Shown here piece after piece: positions 54,984 through 64,000 of a stretch of DNA of 64,000 nucleotides (its first letter is position 1; each line of letters opens with the position of its first letter). This DNA comes from Candidatus Latescibacterota bacterium. GTDB lineage: Bacteria > Latescibacterota > UBA2968 > UBA8231. The DNA lies in the NCBI GenBank assembly GCA_965248265.1, contig CBDFJF010000001.1, positions 3,114,794 to 3,178,793 of the forward strand. Direction: 5' to 3'. The position numbers were made by a program, and so were the translations under genes. The notes beneath the pieces are model-generated. The model searched no databases and was not told the DNA's origin. It saw only the letters and a list, made by a program, of their open reading frames with translations.

Positions 54984-57705
54984 AGTCGTCTTAGAGGCCG
55001 AATACGAGGACAATGCGTCGGACAACTTCGAGCGCAGTTTCCGTGGTATGCGTGGTGACATCTCTTCGACGGAAAAGACGGTTGCTCGCATGGAGAAGTC
55101 GTTCGTCTCCCTCAAGCGGGTCGTCATCGGTGCGTTCTCAATCGAAGTCGCACGTCGTCTGGCTGCCTTCGAGTTGGACATCGTCAAGCTCAACGATCAG
55201 GTCAACATCGCCTCGTCCTCGTTCGAGCGCCTGGCTCGCAAAGCGGGTACCGACGCGACGACTGAGCTGGCCAAGCTGAGCAAAGCGACGCAAGGCACGA
55301 TCTCGGATCTGGAGTTGATGCAGCGCGTGGGCGCGGCGGTCGATGCGGGTCTCACCTTCGAGCAGGCCCGTACTGCCATGCAGTTTCTGCGCGCCTACTC
55401 GTTGGCTTTTGGCAAGGATTTCAACCAACTCGTGCAGACGATCTTCACCGGACTGCAGCGCGGCTCGGTGCTGTTTTTGGACGACGCCGGCATCATCCTT
55501 TCTGCGACGGACAAGATGTTCGCTGGGCTGGGTGACCTGGAGAAGAAAACGGCGCTGGTGAATGAAGCCGTTCGGTTGATGGGCGAGAAGCTGAAGAACC
55601 TGGAGGTTCCCGCCAACAGTGCCAGTCTTGAAATCGACCGCGTCGCTGTGGCCTGGACGAATTTGAAGATCGCCCTGGGTGATCAGGACAGTGCGGCGGG
55701 TGGACTCCGACTGGTGACGGATCTTCTTAGCGCAGCCGAAGGCAACGTGCGTGCGTTCTGGGAACTGAACCGGCAGATGAACCTGATGGACATCAGCGCC
55801 AAAAACTTCCTGGGCATCGAGCTGAACGAGCGCCAGCGGCGCATCGAAGAGCAGCACTCACCTCAGATGAGCGAGCCGATGGGGTTGACCCCCGAGCGAC
55901 CTCGGCGCTATGAGACGCAGCGACGCTACCGCACTGGCATGTTGCCAGGCATAACGGTTCACCCTGGGCGCGAAGAGGAGGAGCGAACTCCTCTGGGCGG
56001 CGGAATGCCCAGTCGCAACCTTGATGTCGAGGTGACGATCGGGCGCAAGAAGCGGGAGTTGGAACTCCAGGCGATCCAAGATCTGGACGCTCGTGCTCAA
56101 GCTGAGCTGCGGCGAGCACAGGCAGCCGAGTCCGCTCAGCTGCTGATGGACGGCGCGAACGATTTGCAGCTCAAGGCGCTGGGCAAACTCCATCTGCAAG
56201 AAAGACAGCGACTGACTACTGAGCAGGAGATCATCATTGCCCAGGCCGAGGTGAACAAACGACGTCAGCAAGAGCTTCAGGTCGTTGATGGGCTGGTCGG
56301 GGTGATGTCGCGATTGCAGCCGCAGCTGCAGGGGTTCTTCTCGGCCGCCTCCAACCTGGCCCGTGGGGACATGATTGGAGCAGGTGTGAGCGCTGTGCAC
56401 GGTGTTCTCGATGTCTTTGGTGTGGCTCGTGATCCCATCGATCGCTTTGCGGATCAAATTCGCAGTGTCGCTGAAGCAGCACGCGAAACCAACCGCTCAG
56501 TCCACGGCTTGTTGGAGGAGTACTCAGGCACTTCAGCGGAAATCAAGGCTCTTCAGGAAAACACGTTCGAGCCGCTACGACGATCAATGGAACTACTCCA
56601 AGAGGGCTCCAAGGAGCAGAGTCACACGGAGTTTCTTCTAAGCTTCTTCGAAATGCTTCGACTTGCGGAGGGGTCAGCAACACAGAGCGGAAAGATTATT
56701 CCAAAGTTTCAGCAGGCACTTGACGAGTCTGGGTTGCACATCGATCAATTCCGAGACATGATCGACCTTGCCTTTGGTAAAGACAGTACGATCGTCGACG
56801 CGGCCAAGCGCATGTTCGAGGTCGCTGATGCCGCGAACACAGCAGCTGAGGCCATGCTGCCGCTAGAGCGCGCCTTGCGCTCCGAGTTCTTTGTTCGTGA
56901 GACCCAGCTTAGGGAGCAGGCATCGATCCAGGCGCGTGCGGCCGGCGCCGACCCCCTCGCTCAACGTCGCATTTTTATGGAGTTGTCCAAGCGCATCGAA
57001 GACAGCCGCCGCACCGAAGAGGTGCGACGCCGTCATCTCTCCGGCACGGCGACGACAAGCGCAGCCAAACCGGCGATCACGACGGGTGGCGGCACGTCGG
57101 GTACATCCGATCCCTTCCAGTTGAATCTGACCCCTACGCAAAAGCCCTGGCACGAGACCGTGGAGATGTATGTGGACGAGGCGGGTCGCCATGAGCCCAC
57201 GCACTGGAGCAATCTGGTGGATATCCCTGTGGGTCTTAAGGAGTATGAGCGTCGTTGGTGGCAGACGCTGGAGATGGTCGAGGATCTACGCTACCGTCAC
57301 CGCCCCACGCACTGGAGCAATCTGGCCTACATCCCGCACGATCTGACCAAGTTCCGCAGGCACTGGAGCGACACGGTTGACATGTACTTTGACGCCAACC
57401 GCCACGAGCCCAGGCACTGGGGCAATCTGGCCTACATCCCGCACGATCTGGCCAAGTTCCGCAGGCACTGGAGTGACGTTATTGAGTTGGATCTGACCCC
57501 AATCTGGTTGGACCCGTCGCAGCTGATCAGGCTTACCGCGAACCGCACTCGCCTCCCGATCACGTCGTTGATCGACTTCGGTTCCTTGCAGTCGGCCGTG
57601 CTCGGCATCGTGTCCCGGGCACAGAGAGACCGTCAGAGCGCATCATCAGAGAGACGGCGCCTGATGGAGGCACAGCATGTGTCGCGAGGCTACCAGCCGC
57701 TGTAG
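54970..57705 (+). CDS. Tape measure protein with C-terminal His-Trp repeats
   Basis: Long helical ORF after the chaperones. N-terminal ..LEA..EDNAS..F and L..ATQGTISDLELMQ...GLQRGS..FLD..GI. ATG 54970 follows GGAGAG. Confidence 0.85.
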   Translation: MRTSKVVLEAEYEDNASDNFERSFRGMRGDISSTEKTVARMEKSFVSLKRVVIGAFSIEVARRLAAFELDIVKLNDQVNIASSSFERLARKAGTDATTELAKLSKATQGTISDLELMQRVGAAVDAGLTFEQARTAMQFLRAYSLAFGKDFNQLVQTIFTGLQRGSVLFLDDAGIILSATDKMFAGLGDLEKKTALVNEAVRLMGEKLKNLEVPANSASLEIDRVAVAWTNLKIALGDQDSAAGGLRLVTDLLSAAEGNVRAFWELNRQMNLMDISAKNFLGIELNERQRRIEEQHSPQMSEPMGLTPERPRRYETQRRYRTGMLPGITVHPGREEEERTPLGGGMPSRNLDVEVTIGRKKRELELQAIQDLDARAQAELRRAQAAESAQLLMDGANDLQLKALGKLHLQERQRLTTEQEIIIAQAEVNKRRQQELQVVDGLVGVMSRLQPQLQGFFSAASNLARGDMIGAGVSAVHGVLDVFGVARDPIDRFADQIRSVAEAARETNRSVHGLLEEYSGTSAEIKALQENTFEPLRRSMELLQEGSKEQSHTEFLLSFFEMLRLAEGSATQSGKIIPKFQQALDESGLHIDQFRDMIDLAFGKDSTIVDAAKRMFEVADAANTAAEAMLPLERALRSEFFVRETQLREQASIQARAAGADPLAQRRIFMELSKRIEDSRRTEEVRRRHLSGTATTSAAKPAITTGGGTSGTSDPFQLNLTPTQKPWHETVEMYVDEAGRHEPTHWSNLVDIPVGLKEYERRWWQTLEMVEDLRYRHRPTHWSNLAYIPHDLTKFRRHWSDTVDMYFDANRHEPRHWGNLAYIPHDLAKFRRHWSDVIELDLTPIWLDPSQLIRLTANRTRLPITSLIDFGSLQSAVLGIVSRAQRDRQSASSERRRLMEAQHVSRGYQPL
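57195..57477 (+). repeat. In-frame tandem repeats of about 105-108 bp inside the tape measure gene
   Basis: GCACTGG(A/G)GCAATCTGGCCTACATCCCGCACGATCTG(A/G)CCAAGTTCCGCAGGCACTGGAG at 57309 and 57414, with a partial copy near 57195. Confidence 0.85.
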
Positions 57706-57711
57706 TGGCCG

Positions 57712-58089
57712 ATGGCGACGATCAAATTGGACACGGGCGCGGCCTCGATCACGATCCAGGCCCCCAAGTTTCCCTACATCCCTGGCGAGGATCAGCCCGT
57801 GATCGTGAATCGCACCATGAACGGGGGCGCCAAGATCGCCGACATGGGCGACGGCACCGACTTCGAGGATCCCCAGCTACACTTTCGCCAGCAGTCGGAC
57901 GCCGACTTTGTTGCCATGCGCGATTACATCCAGGACACGCTTTCGATGAGTAAGACGGCCTTCACCTACACGGATCCGTTTGGGACCAACCACACCAACA
58001 TGCACTACCTGGATGGCCTGCGGGAGTTCGAGCAGATCAACGGCAAGTGGAACGGCATCATCCAGCTGTTCAAGGACGTGAGTGCGTGA
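57712..58089 (+). CDS. Putative distal tail (Dit-like) protein
   Basis: 125 aa, directly after the TMP. RTMNG, L.F, FTYTDP.G pattern as in gpM-like tail tip proteins. Confidence 0.55.
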   Translation: MATIKLDTGAASITIQAPKFPYIPGEDQPVIVNRTMNGGAKIADMGDGTDFEDPQLHFRQQSDADFVAMRDYIQDTLSMSKTAFTYTDPFGTNHTNMHYLDGLREFEQINGKWNGIIQLFKDVSA

Positions 58090-60788
58090 TGTTATGGCCC
58101 CTAATTTTTCTGGCGAGTTTTTCAATGGCTAAGGACCTGACGGGCACGACGGCCCTGACTGAAAAGGACAACGCCTGGTACCGCATCGCCTGGTTGGCCG
58201 AGATCGACGCGGACGCGCCGGGCGTTCCGGTCACGACCAAGCGCCACGGCTCGCGCAAGATCACGGTGGGCGCCAACACGTATGGGGACAATCTGGCTGT
58301 GGGTGGTCTGGAGATGGAGTGGACGCGCATTCGCGTGGGGGGCGGCCTGGCCTCGGTGGGCAAGGCCCGGCTGGTGCTGGTCAATCTGGAGAAGGTTTCG
58401 AACGACGTCGACACGTTCTTTTTCGAGAACGACGAGATGCGCATCTACCTGCTGTTCGTCACCGGGGCGGAGACGGCCTCGGACCCCATCGAGATGATGC
58501 GGCTGGTGATCGAGGACTATCCCTACTCGCCCACCCAGATGACGTTCGACGCCATCGACGGCTCGGACAAAGATTTCCGTGAAATCCCGGCCGAGCGGGT
58601 CAACCTCATCGACTACGTCCAGCCGCCGATGGATTCGGTGGGCAAGGTGATCCCCGTGGCCTTTGGGGTGCTCAACACGGGACCCTTCGACGGGGCGGGC
58701 GGCTTCTCCGTGCTGGCCCCATGCCGCTGCGTGGATCGCTCCAACTACACCTTTACCAGCTGCGTGCAAAACGACGTCAACGGCAAGCCCTTCCAGTACT
58801 ACCCGCAGGCCAAGCGGCGCGGCGAGGTCCTCAACTACACGCAGACGGGCGGCTTTTTTACCATCAACGACCAGACGCGCGAGATGTGGGTCGCCCCCAT
58901 CCTGCCGCGTGGTACCAACGACGTGACGGATTGGTTCGATACGGGCGATGGGGACCACACGGTCGGCTCCGCCATCGTCCTCAACTCCAATTTGGACGTG
59001 GACATGGGCGGTGTGCCCAAGCTGGGCACGCTGACGGCCATCACGCTGGAGATCAAGGCTTCGGGTAGCTACGACTACGAGGTCTTCTACAACGCCGTCT
59101 CCAAGGCTTCTGGCTCGGCCACAAACGATAAGAGCATTACCCTCACCGCCGCCGACCACACGGACGATTGGGCCTTCGAGCTGTATCACGTCGAGATCGA
59201 CGGCACGGGCGCGGCCACCATCAACGAGATCTACCTGAAGCTGTCGTATGACGACCAGCAGACGCTGGATCGCCAGAGCCTGACCATCTACCAGGCGATC
59301 ACCGGGTTTGAGGATCTGACGGCCTACTACAACAGCGACGGTGCGTCGAATCCGGTGATCACCTCGTCGGGCGCACCGCTGGAGAATCCGGCTCACGTCA
59401 TCGAGGCGGTGATGCGGGCCAAGGTGCTGATGAACTTGAGCACGGACGTGGTGGATTTGACGGCCCTGGACACGGCGGCCACGGACCGTACGGGGTGGAA
59501 GTTCGCGTTCTCGTTGGATCAACCCGTGCATATCGCCTGGCTCAACGAGTTTTGCTTTGAGTCGGGCATGCACGTGTTCAAAAGTTTTGAGGGCAAGTGG
59601 AAGGTGGTGGCCCAGGAGAAGAGCCGGGTGCCGGCGCACACCTTCCTGGGTGACGTCAACATGGCCGTCCTCAACCCGCTGGATAAGCCGTCGAAGTGGG
59701 AGTATGACTTCACGGTGGCGCGCACGCCCAACCGCGACCTGATCAACGAGGTCATCCTGCGCTACGGACTGGACCGGGCCACGGGCGAGTACACGAAGAT
59801 CAAGGTGGCCTCGGGCCGGCACCGGGTGAAGGGCACCTGCACGGTGACCGGCTCCACGAAGCTGCTCGATGATGCTTCGGCGACCTTCGTTACAGACGGC
59901 ATCAAGGACGACGAGGGCGTCTACGTCGAGGGCGATCAGGACTATCTGGTCGACAACGTCAACTCCGAGACGCAGCTGCTGATAAAGCACGCCTCGGCCG
60001 GCCAGGTCAACGACTCCTCTGCGGGCACCAACTACTATGTCGGTCCGAATTTGGACGGGCGCATGAAGCGCTCGCAGCTGCGCTACAAGACGGAGAACAG
60101 CCTGGGCCGGGAGCAGACGGAGGATGTGTCGGTGGCCGGTGGCTACACATCTGACCTGATTCAGGACGACACCACGGCGACGAATTTCGTCGATCACATC
60201 GCCGAGTGGCGTTCGCAGCGCCGGCTGCTGCCTGAGTTCGCCACCTTCTTCAACGCGGTGGATGTGGAGCTGGGGGATGCGGCCTGGATCGATCACCCCT
60301 GGTTGCCACCCAGCAAACGTCCCATAGCGATTGGTACGCTGAGCGCAACGCAGACGGCCGGGGCCGGCACGGCGCAGTCGACGAACAACGGGCTGCTGCG
60401 AGTCAACGATTACGTCCTCATCGGCAGCGAGGTGGAGAAGGTCACGGCGGTCACCTACGCCACCAATGCGTTCACGACGACGCGGGCGCAAGCGAACACG
60501 AGTGCGGCCGAGCATGCATCAGGGACGACGTTTTACCGACTCAACCGCACGGCTTTCGAGATCACCGGCCTGCAGCCGGACGTGGAGCTGGCGCAGCTGC
60601 GCATCGAGGCGCAGGAGATGCCGCCCAGCTACAAGCCGATCGGCCGGGTGTCGGCTGCGGGGTACGACGTGTATGGGGTAGCGGACGCTGATGAGCGCAC
60701 GCAGTCGGGCTGGGTGACGTTGACCAGCGAGCGGGTTCAGGAAGAGGACGAGTACTCGAACATCTCCTACGTGGGGCCGAGTTCATGA
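58089..60788 (+). CDS. Tail tip hub / central fibre protein
   Basis: About 900 aa, beta-rich. GKVIPVAFG, ENPAHVIE, INEV.LRY, VELGD...IDH hub-like motifs. Start is ATG 58089 (TGATG overlap) or 58125. Confidence 0.7.
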   Translation: MLWPLIFLASFSMAKDLTGTTALTEKDNAWYRIAWLAEIDADAPGVPVTTKRHGSRKITVGANTYGDNLAVGGLEMEWTRIRVGGGLASVGKARLVLVNLEKVSNDVDTFFFENDEMRIYLLFVTGAETASDPIEMMRLVIEDYPYSPTQMTFDAIDGSDKDFREIPAERVNLIDYVQPPMDSVGKVIPVAFGVLNTGPFDGAGGFSVLAPCRCVDRSNYTFTSCVQNDVNGKPFQYYPQAKRRGEVLNYTQTGGFFTINDQTREMWVAPILPRGTNDVTDWFDTGDGDHTVGSAIVLNSNLDVDMGGVPKLGTLTAITLEIKASGSYDYEVFYNAVSKASGSATNDKSITLTAADHTDDWAFELYHVEIDGTGAATINEIYLKLSYDDQQTLDRQSLTIYQAITGFEDLTAYYNSDGASNPVITSSGAPLENPAHVIEAVMRAKVLMNLSTDVVDLTALDTAATDRTGWKFAFSLDQPVHIAWLNEFCFESGMHVFKSFEGKWKVVAQEKSRVPAHTFLGDVNMAVLNPLDKPSKWEYDFTVARTPNRDLINEVILRYGLDRATGEYTKIKVASGRHRVKGTCTVTGSTKLLDDASATFVTDGIKDDEGVYVEGDQDYLVDNVNSETQLLIKHASAGQVNDSSAGTNYYVGPNLDGRMKRSQLRYKTENSLGREQTEDVSVAGGYTSDLIQDDTTATNFVDHIAEWRSQRRLLPEFATFFNAVDVELGDAAWIDHPWLPPSKRPIAIGTLSATQTAGAGTAQSTNNGLLRVNDYVLIGSEVEKVTAVTYATNAFTTTRAQANTSAAEHASGTTFYRLNRTAFEITGLQPDVELAQLRIEAQEMPPSYKPIGRVSAAGYDVYGVADADERTQSGWVTLTSERVQEEDEYSNISYVGPSS

Positions 60789-62893
60789 ACGAGCCCAATC
60801 AATACGCCTACAGCGCCCTGGGTGAGCGCTTCGCGGTCGAGGATCCAACTGACGTCGACCGCATGAACAACTCGCGCATCAAGAACGACCATCTCTATGA
60901 GGCGCTGAACACGTCGGGGTTCATGAGCACGACGAACCCGGTGAGCACGGCGATGGTGCTCTCGCGCAAGAGTCTGGTTCGCTTTCCAGATACGATTGAG
61001 ACGGGCACCGACGAAAACGCGCAGCGGGTGATTTTCGTTGACCTCGACGACCCCGACCAGATGTGGGACCTCGACGAGTTTATGCAACTGGCTCAGGCGA
61101 CGTCGTGGTATGCCGAGCTTGGAGCACCGCCGATTCACGGCGCGATGTGGATTACAGAGGACCAACAAAGTCTGATCTGGTGGGACCGTGAAGCCGGGTC
61201 AATTTACATGCAATTTGACACTGGCGGGACGGATGGGACAGACGCAAATTTCATCGCCGGAACTACCGGATGGCACGAGGATGTTCATTTTCTCGATGGT
61301 GTTATCCGAACGGTTAACGACGGGTGGGCCGCGATTGAAATAGATTTGCTTTTAGACCGCGCACACGACCACACAACTGTTGGAATTCGCGAGCACTTTG
61401 GCGACATTTCGGACCGCAACGCCGGGACTGGATATTACACGCTCGTGGCGAGCGTCGCGGTCGGGCATAACAACATTTATTCGGTTGGGGCCTGTCGCGA
61501 CCCCGAAAAAACGGACTCCTTAGGCCGCCCTCGCCATTGGTGGGCGTGCGGTCACAGCGCCGGAACCTCAGTTTACAATCCCACCGACGAGGACTGGTAC
61601 GACACTTCGAGCGTCAGCGACTTTGCCGACCTCGTGTTATCTCCTGGGGGTGAATTGGTTTTCATCCAAAGCACCGGGACGCGTGACTCTGTGTTTTTGC
61701 GCCGCAGTGTCTTCACGATTACTGCCGACGCGTGGGCGAGCGATGAAGCCATCGACAACAACGCGAGCGATGGGAGCGACATCGATTGGACAAATGCTGC
61801 CGTTTTTGAACGCCCCGCAGTTTTGCCGTCGCGCTCTTGGAACGGCGATGGCTCTTCGCAAATCTTCATACCGAGTGACCAAGGGATGTATATCGCACAC
61901 CTAAACGCCGCCGACCAAGACGCCAAGGGTGGCCTGATTCGATTCACAGACTCAGAGGCAACGCCGTATATGAAAGGCGACGTGCGGGCCGCGTGGCCAC
62001 TGGCGAACGTCAACGACCTGACGCCAGCCTCGCACAACCTGACCAACAACAACACCGTGACATTTGCGTCCGGCGGACCTACCGGCAGTTACGCCGACTT
62101 CGTTTCAGCTTCGAGTATGTCGCTGCAATTGGCCGACCATGCCGACTTTGACGGCGTGACGGCCTTTTCCGCGATGCTTTGGTTTAAACTGGACATTGCA
62201 TCGGGGGCCGTTCGAGGAGTCGCCACCAAATGGGATCTAAGCCTCGGCTCTAATCAGTCTTGGCAGTTCAAACTCAATTCGGACGAAACGCTTTCGATCT
62301 CGCTCGAAAATAGCTCGTCAACCACAATAACCCAGACGTCCGTGGCGCTCTCTACGGGGAAGTGGTATCACTGTGCGGTTTCATGGGACGGCACGACCAT
62401 GACGGCTTACTTGAACGGGCAAGCTTTCGGGTCGGGCGCGTTTTCGGGAACGATGGACAACTCTACGGCGGCTGTATTTTTGGGAGCGTTCGACTCAGAC
62501 GGGGCGGGCACTCCGAGTAGTTTTATCGACGGCCAGATCGGCGGTGTTGTCATTAGCGCTACAGCCATTACAGCGGCAGAAGTCTACGCCGAGTTCGCGC
62601 GCGGGAAGCAACGCCTGACCTCGACGATCGACCCGCAAGACTCAATCCCCGACCTCGACGTTGCCGCGACGGCCGCCGATCCGAGCGGGCGATACGTGAT
62701 CGTCGCCTACGACAACAAGACGGTCCACATTTTCAACGAGTTGGGGGTGCCGGTGATCTCCGACACCTATCCGGGGACCACGTTGCGGGATGTGGCGGTG
62801 AAGTCGTATCCAGGGCAGGACACACCTTCGTATATCATGGCGGGCTCGGACCAAATTGAATTTGTGCAACCAGACAGGAGACTACTCGGGTGA
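60785..62893 (+). CDS. Tail fibre / receptor-binding protein with LamG (concanavalin A-like) domain
   Basis: FSAMLWFK, LSTGKWYHCAVSWDGTTMTAYLNG, F.DGQI..V.I...A.TAAEV are Laminin_G_3 motifs. ATGA overlap. Confidence 0.8.
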   Translation: MNEPNQYAYSALGERFAVEDPTDVDRMNNSRIKNDHLYEALNTSGFMSTTNPVSTAMVLSRKSLVRFPDTIETGTDENAQRVIFVDLDDPDQMWDLDEFMQLAQATSWYAELGAPPIHGAMWITEDQQSLIWWDREAGSIYMQFDTGGTDGTDANFIAGTTGWHEDVHFLDGVIRTVNDGWAAIEIDLLLDRAHDHTTVGIREHFGDISDRNAGTGYYTLVASVAVGHNNIYSVGACRDPEKTDSLGRPRHWWACGHSAGTSVYNPTDEDWYDTSSVSDFADLVLSPGGELVFIQSTGTRDSVFLRRSVFTITADAWASDEAIDNNASDGSDIDWTNAAVFERPAVLPSRSWNGDGSSQIFIPSDQGMYIAHLNAADQDAKGGLIRFTDSEATPYMKGDVRAAWPLANVNDLTPASHNLTNNNTVTFASGGPTGSYADFVSASSMSLQLADHADFDGVTAFSAMLWFKLDIASGAVRGVATKWDLSLGSNQSWQFKLNSDETLSISLENSSSTTITQTSVALSTGKWYHCAVSWDGTTMTAYLNGQAFGSGAFSGTMDNSTAAVFLGAFDSDGAGTPSSFIDGQIGGVVISATAITAAEVYAEFARGKQRLTSTIDPQDSIPDLDVAATAADPSGRYVIVAYDNKTVHIFNELGVPVISDTYPGTTLRDVAVKSYPGQDTPSYIMAGSDQIEFVQPDRRLLG

Positions 62894-63719
62894 CGATCGC
62901 CGTGCCACATGCAGTGACGCGCGAGATACGCGGCGCGATGCCGTTCTCGGCGATCGTCGACATCGACGGCGTTCACAACCCGAAGACGGGCGGCTTCCAC
63001 CAGATCGACGACGCCATCGACGCCGGGCACAAGTCGATTTTCGTCAGGGACGGAACCTACAAGTCCTTCACTGCCGACGTCGCCAACCTCACAATCATGG
63101 GCGAGTCGATTGATGCGATTGTTGACGGTAGCCTGACGACGGCGCACGGCTGTACGCTCTCGGCGGCGCATGTAAAGCTTATTGGCCTGACCTTCAAGAC
63201 GACGTCTGGCGGCGGCGACACGATCTCGGGCATCGACTGTTCCGACGCGGCAGGGGACTATTTCCTTGTTGATCGGTGCCACTTCCCCGGTTCGGATCAC
63301 AACGGGATAGACGTCGCCGTCGCTATGAACGCGCCGGTTATCCAAAGCTGCACATTCACCGGCACCTTCGATTCCAGTTGTGTCACGTTTGGCAATAACA
63401 CACAGCATGGGAAGCTTTTTGTTCTGTCAGTTTACATCAGTCACCACCGGGAACGCGATTCACGTTGGGCCATCTTGGGGAACGGTTATTCAGGGATGTG
63501 GCTTCTACCTGTGCTCTTCAAAGGCCATCAACATCTGCAACTCGGCGACGGTGTTTGGCCCCATGCATCGTTGGTAATGTATTCAGGGACAATACCGGAT
63601 ACGCCGTCGATGTCGGGGCGCTCGCGGAGGACGGCATTATCACCAACAATATTTTCCACGGCGACACACTGAACGGAACGGGCACAAGTTTCACGATCGC
63701 TAACAACGAGACCTTCTAA
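62890..63719 (+). pseudogene. Right-handed beta-helix (pectate lyase-like) tailspike, split by two +1 frameshifts (possibly sequencing errors)
   Basis: FHQIDDAIDAG..SIFVRDGTY start. The beta-helix pattern moves from frame 62890 to frame 63380 near 63410, then to frame 63465 near 63560. Removing one G and one C gives one 275-aa ORF. Confidence 0.7.
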
Positions 63720-64000
63720 TGACGCTACTGACTGAGGCTACGATTGACGAGATTAACGCCGAACTGGCGATGCGCACGGCGTCTGCGAATGCGGCCGAAG
63801 CTCAGCTCACAGCAGACGCGGTGCAAGCCTTCGTTGACGCTGATGCCAAGCTGAGTGCGGCCGCGATCACAGCGACAGCGGACAGTATTGATCCGGTGTG
63901 GGTTGTTCTGAGCTTCCCTGCCGATACGCCAGGACAGCCGCTGTTTTGGGCGGGTGTGGTGCAGCAGTTTGGCGGCACTGTGCTGGGATCGTACCAGCTG
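63719..64000 (+). CDS. Hypothetical phage protein, 3' truncated by window edge
   Basis: TAATG overlap. MTLLTEATIDEINAELAMRTASANAAEAQLTADAVQAF... is open to the window end. Confidence 0.65.
   Translation, partial: MTLLTEATIDEINAELAMRTASANAAEAQLTADAVQAFVDADAKLSAAAITATADSIDPVWVVLSFPADTPGQPLFWAGVVQQFGGTVLGSYQL

Larger units (their letters stand above)
46332..64000 (+). mobile_element. Phage/prophage virion morphogenesis region (Mu-like head, non-contractile tail), incomplete at both ends
   Basis: Contiguous co-oriented head, neck and tail genes in canonical order. No integrase, transposase, terminase, portal or att site in the window. Confidence 0.9.

Noticed and set aside
57309-57477. Possible DGR template/variable repeat pair (two of three mismatches are at A)
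   Set aside because: There are too few mismatches, one is C/T, both copies are in-frame tandem units of one gene, and no reverse transcriptase is visible.
58122-60515. 797-aa ORF on the minus strand
   Set aside because: It lies wholly antisense to the hub gene, has no recognisable motifs, and is the expected shadow of strong GC3 bias.
46332-64000. Gene transfer agent, tailocin or contractile injection system
   Set aside because: Capsid genes are present and no sheath is seen. The head genes are Mu-like rather than RcGTA-like. Domestication cannot be shown from this window.

Overview
The window has two parts, and both are GC-rich. Bases 1 to about 46,330 are bacterial chromosome; the gene content resembles an FCB-group or Latescibacterota-like organism, but that is inference only. 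This part holds glycosyltransferase genes, an ABC/TauE cluster, and a long co-oriented aromatic amino acid cluster: trpE-G-D-C, trpS, chorismate mutase, tyrA, an aroA-like gene, aroE, argS, aroK, aroB and rimO. That cluster is preceded by an unannotated Trp leader peptide and attenuator. Its AroA homolog has lost essentially all catalytic motifs. A Wzx/Wzy polysaccharide locus, uppP and a radical-SAM/dnaE2 DNA-repair pair follow. At about 46,330 the sequence switches abruptly, mid-gene on both sides (dnaE2 and a phage head protease), into a phage late operon that runs to the window end. The phage has a Mu-like head (protease/scaffold, decoration protein, gpT capsid, gp36, gpG) and a sheath-less tail. 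The tail module includes two paralogous tube genes, a -1 frameshifted tail chaperone behind a candidate RNA pseudoknot, and a tape measure protein with His-Trp repeats. It ends with a hub, a LamG fibre and a doubly frameshifted beta-helix gene. No tRNA, rRNA, CRISPR array, integrase or att site was recognised. All family calls come from recognising motifs by eye, not from database searches.
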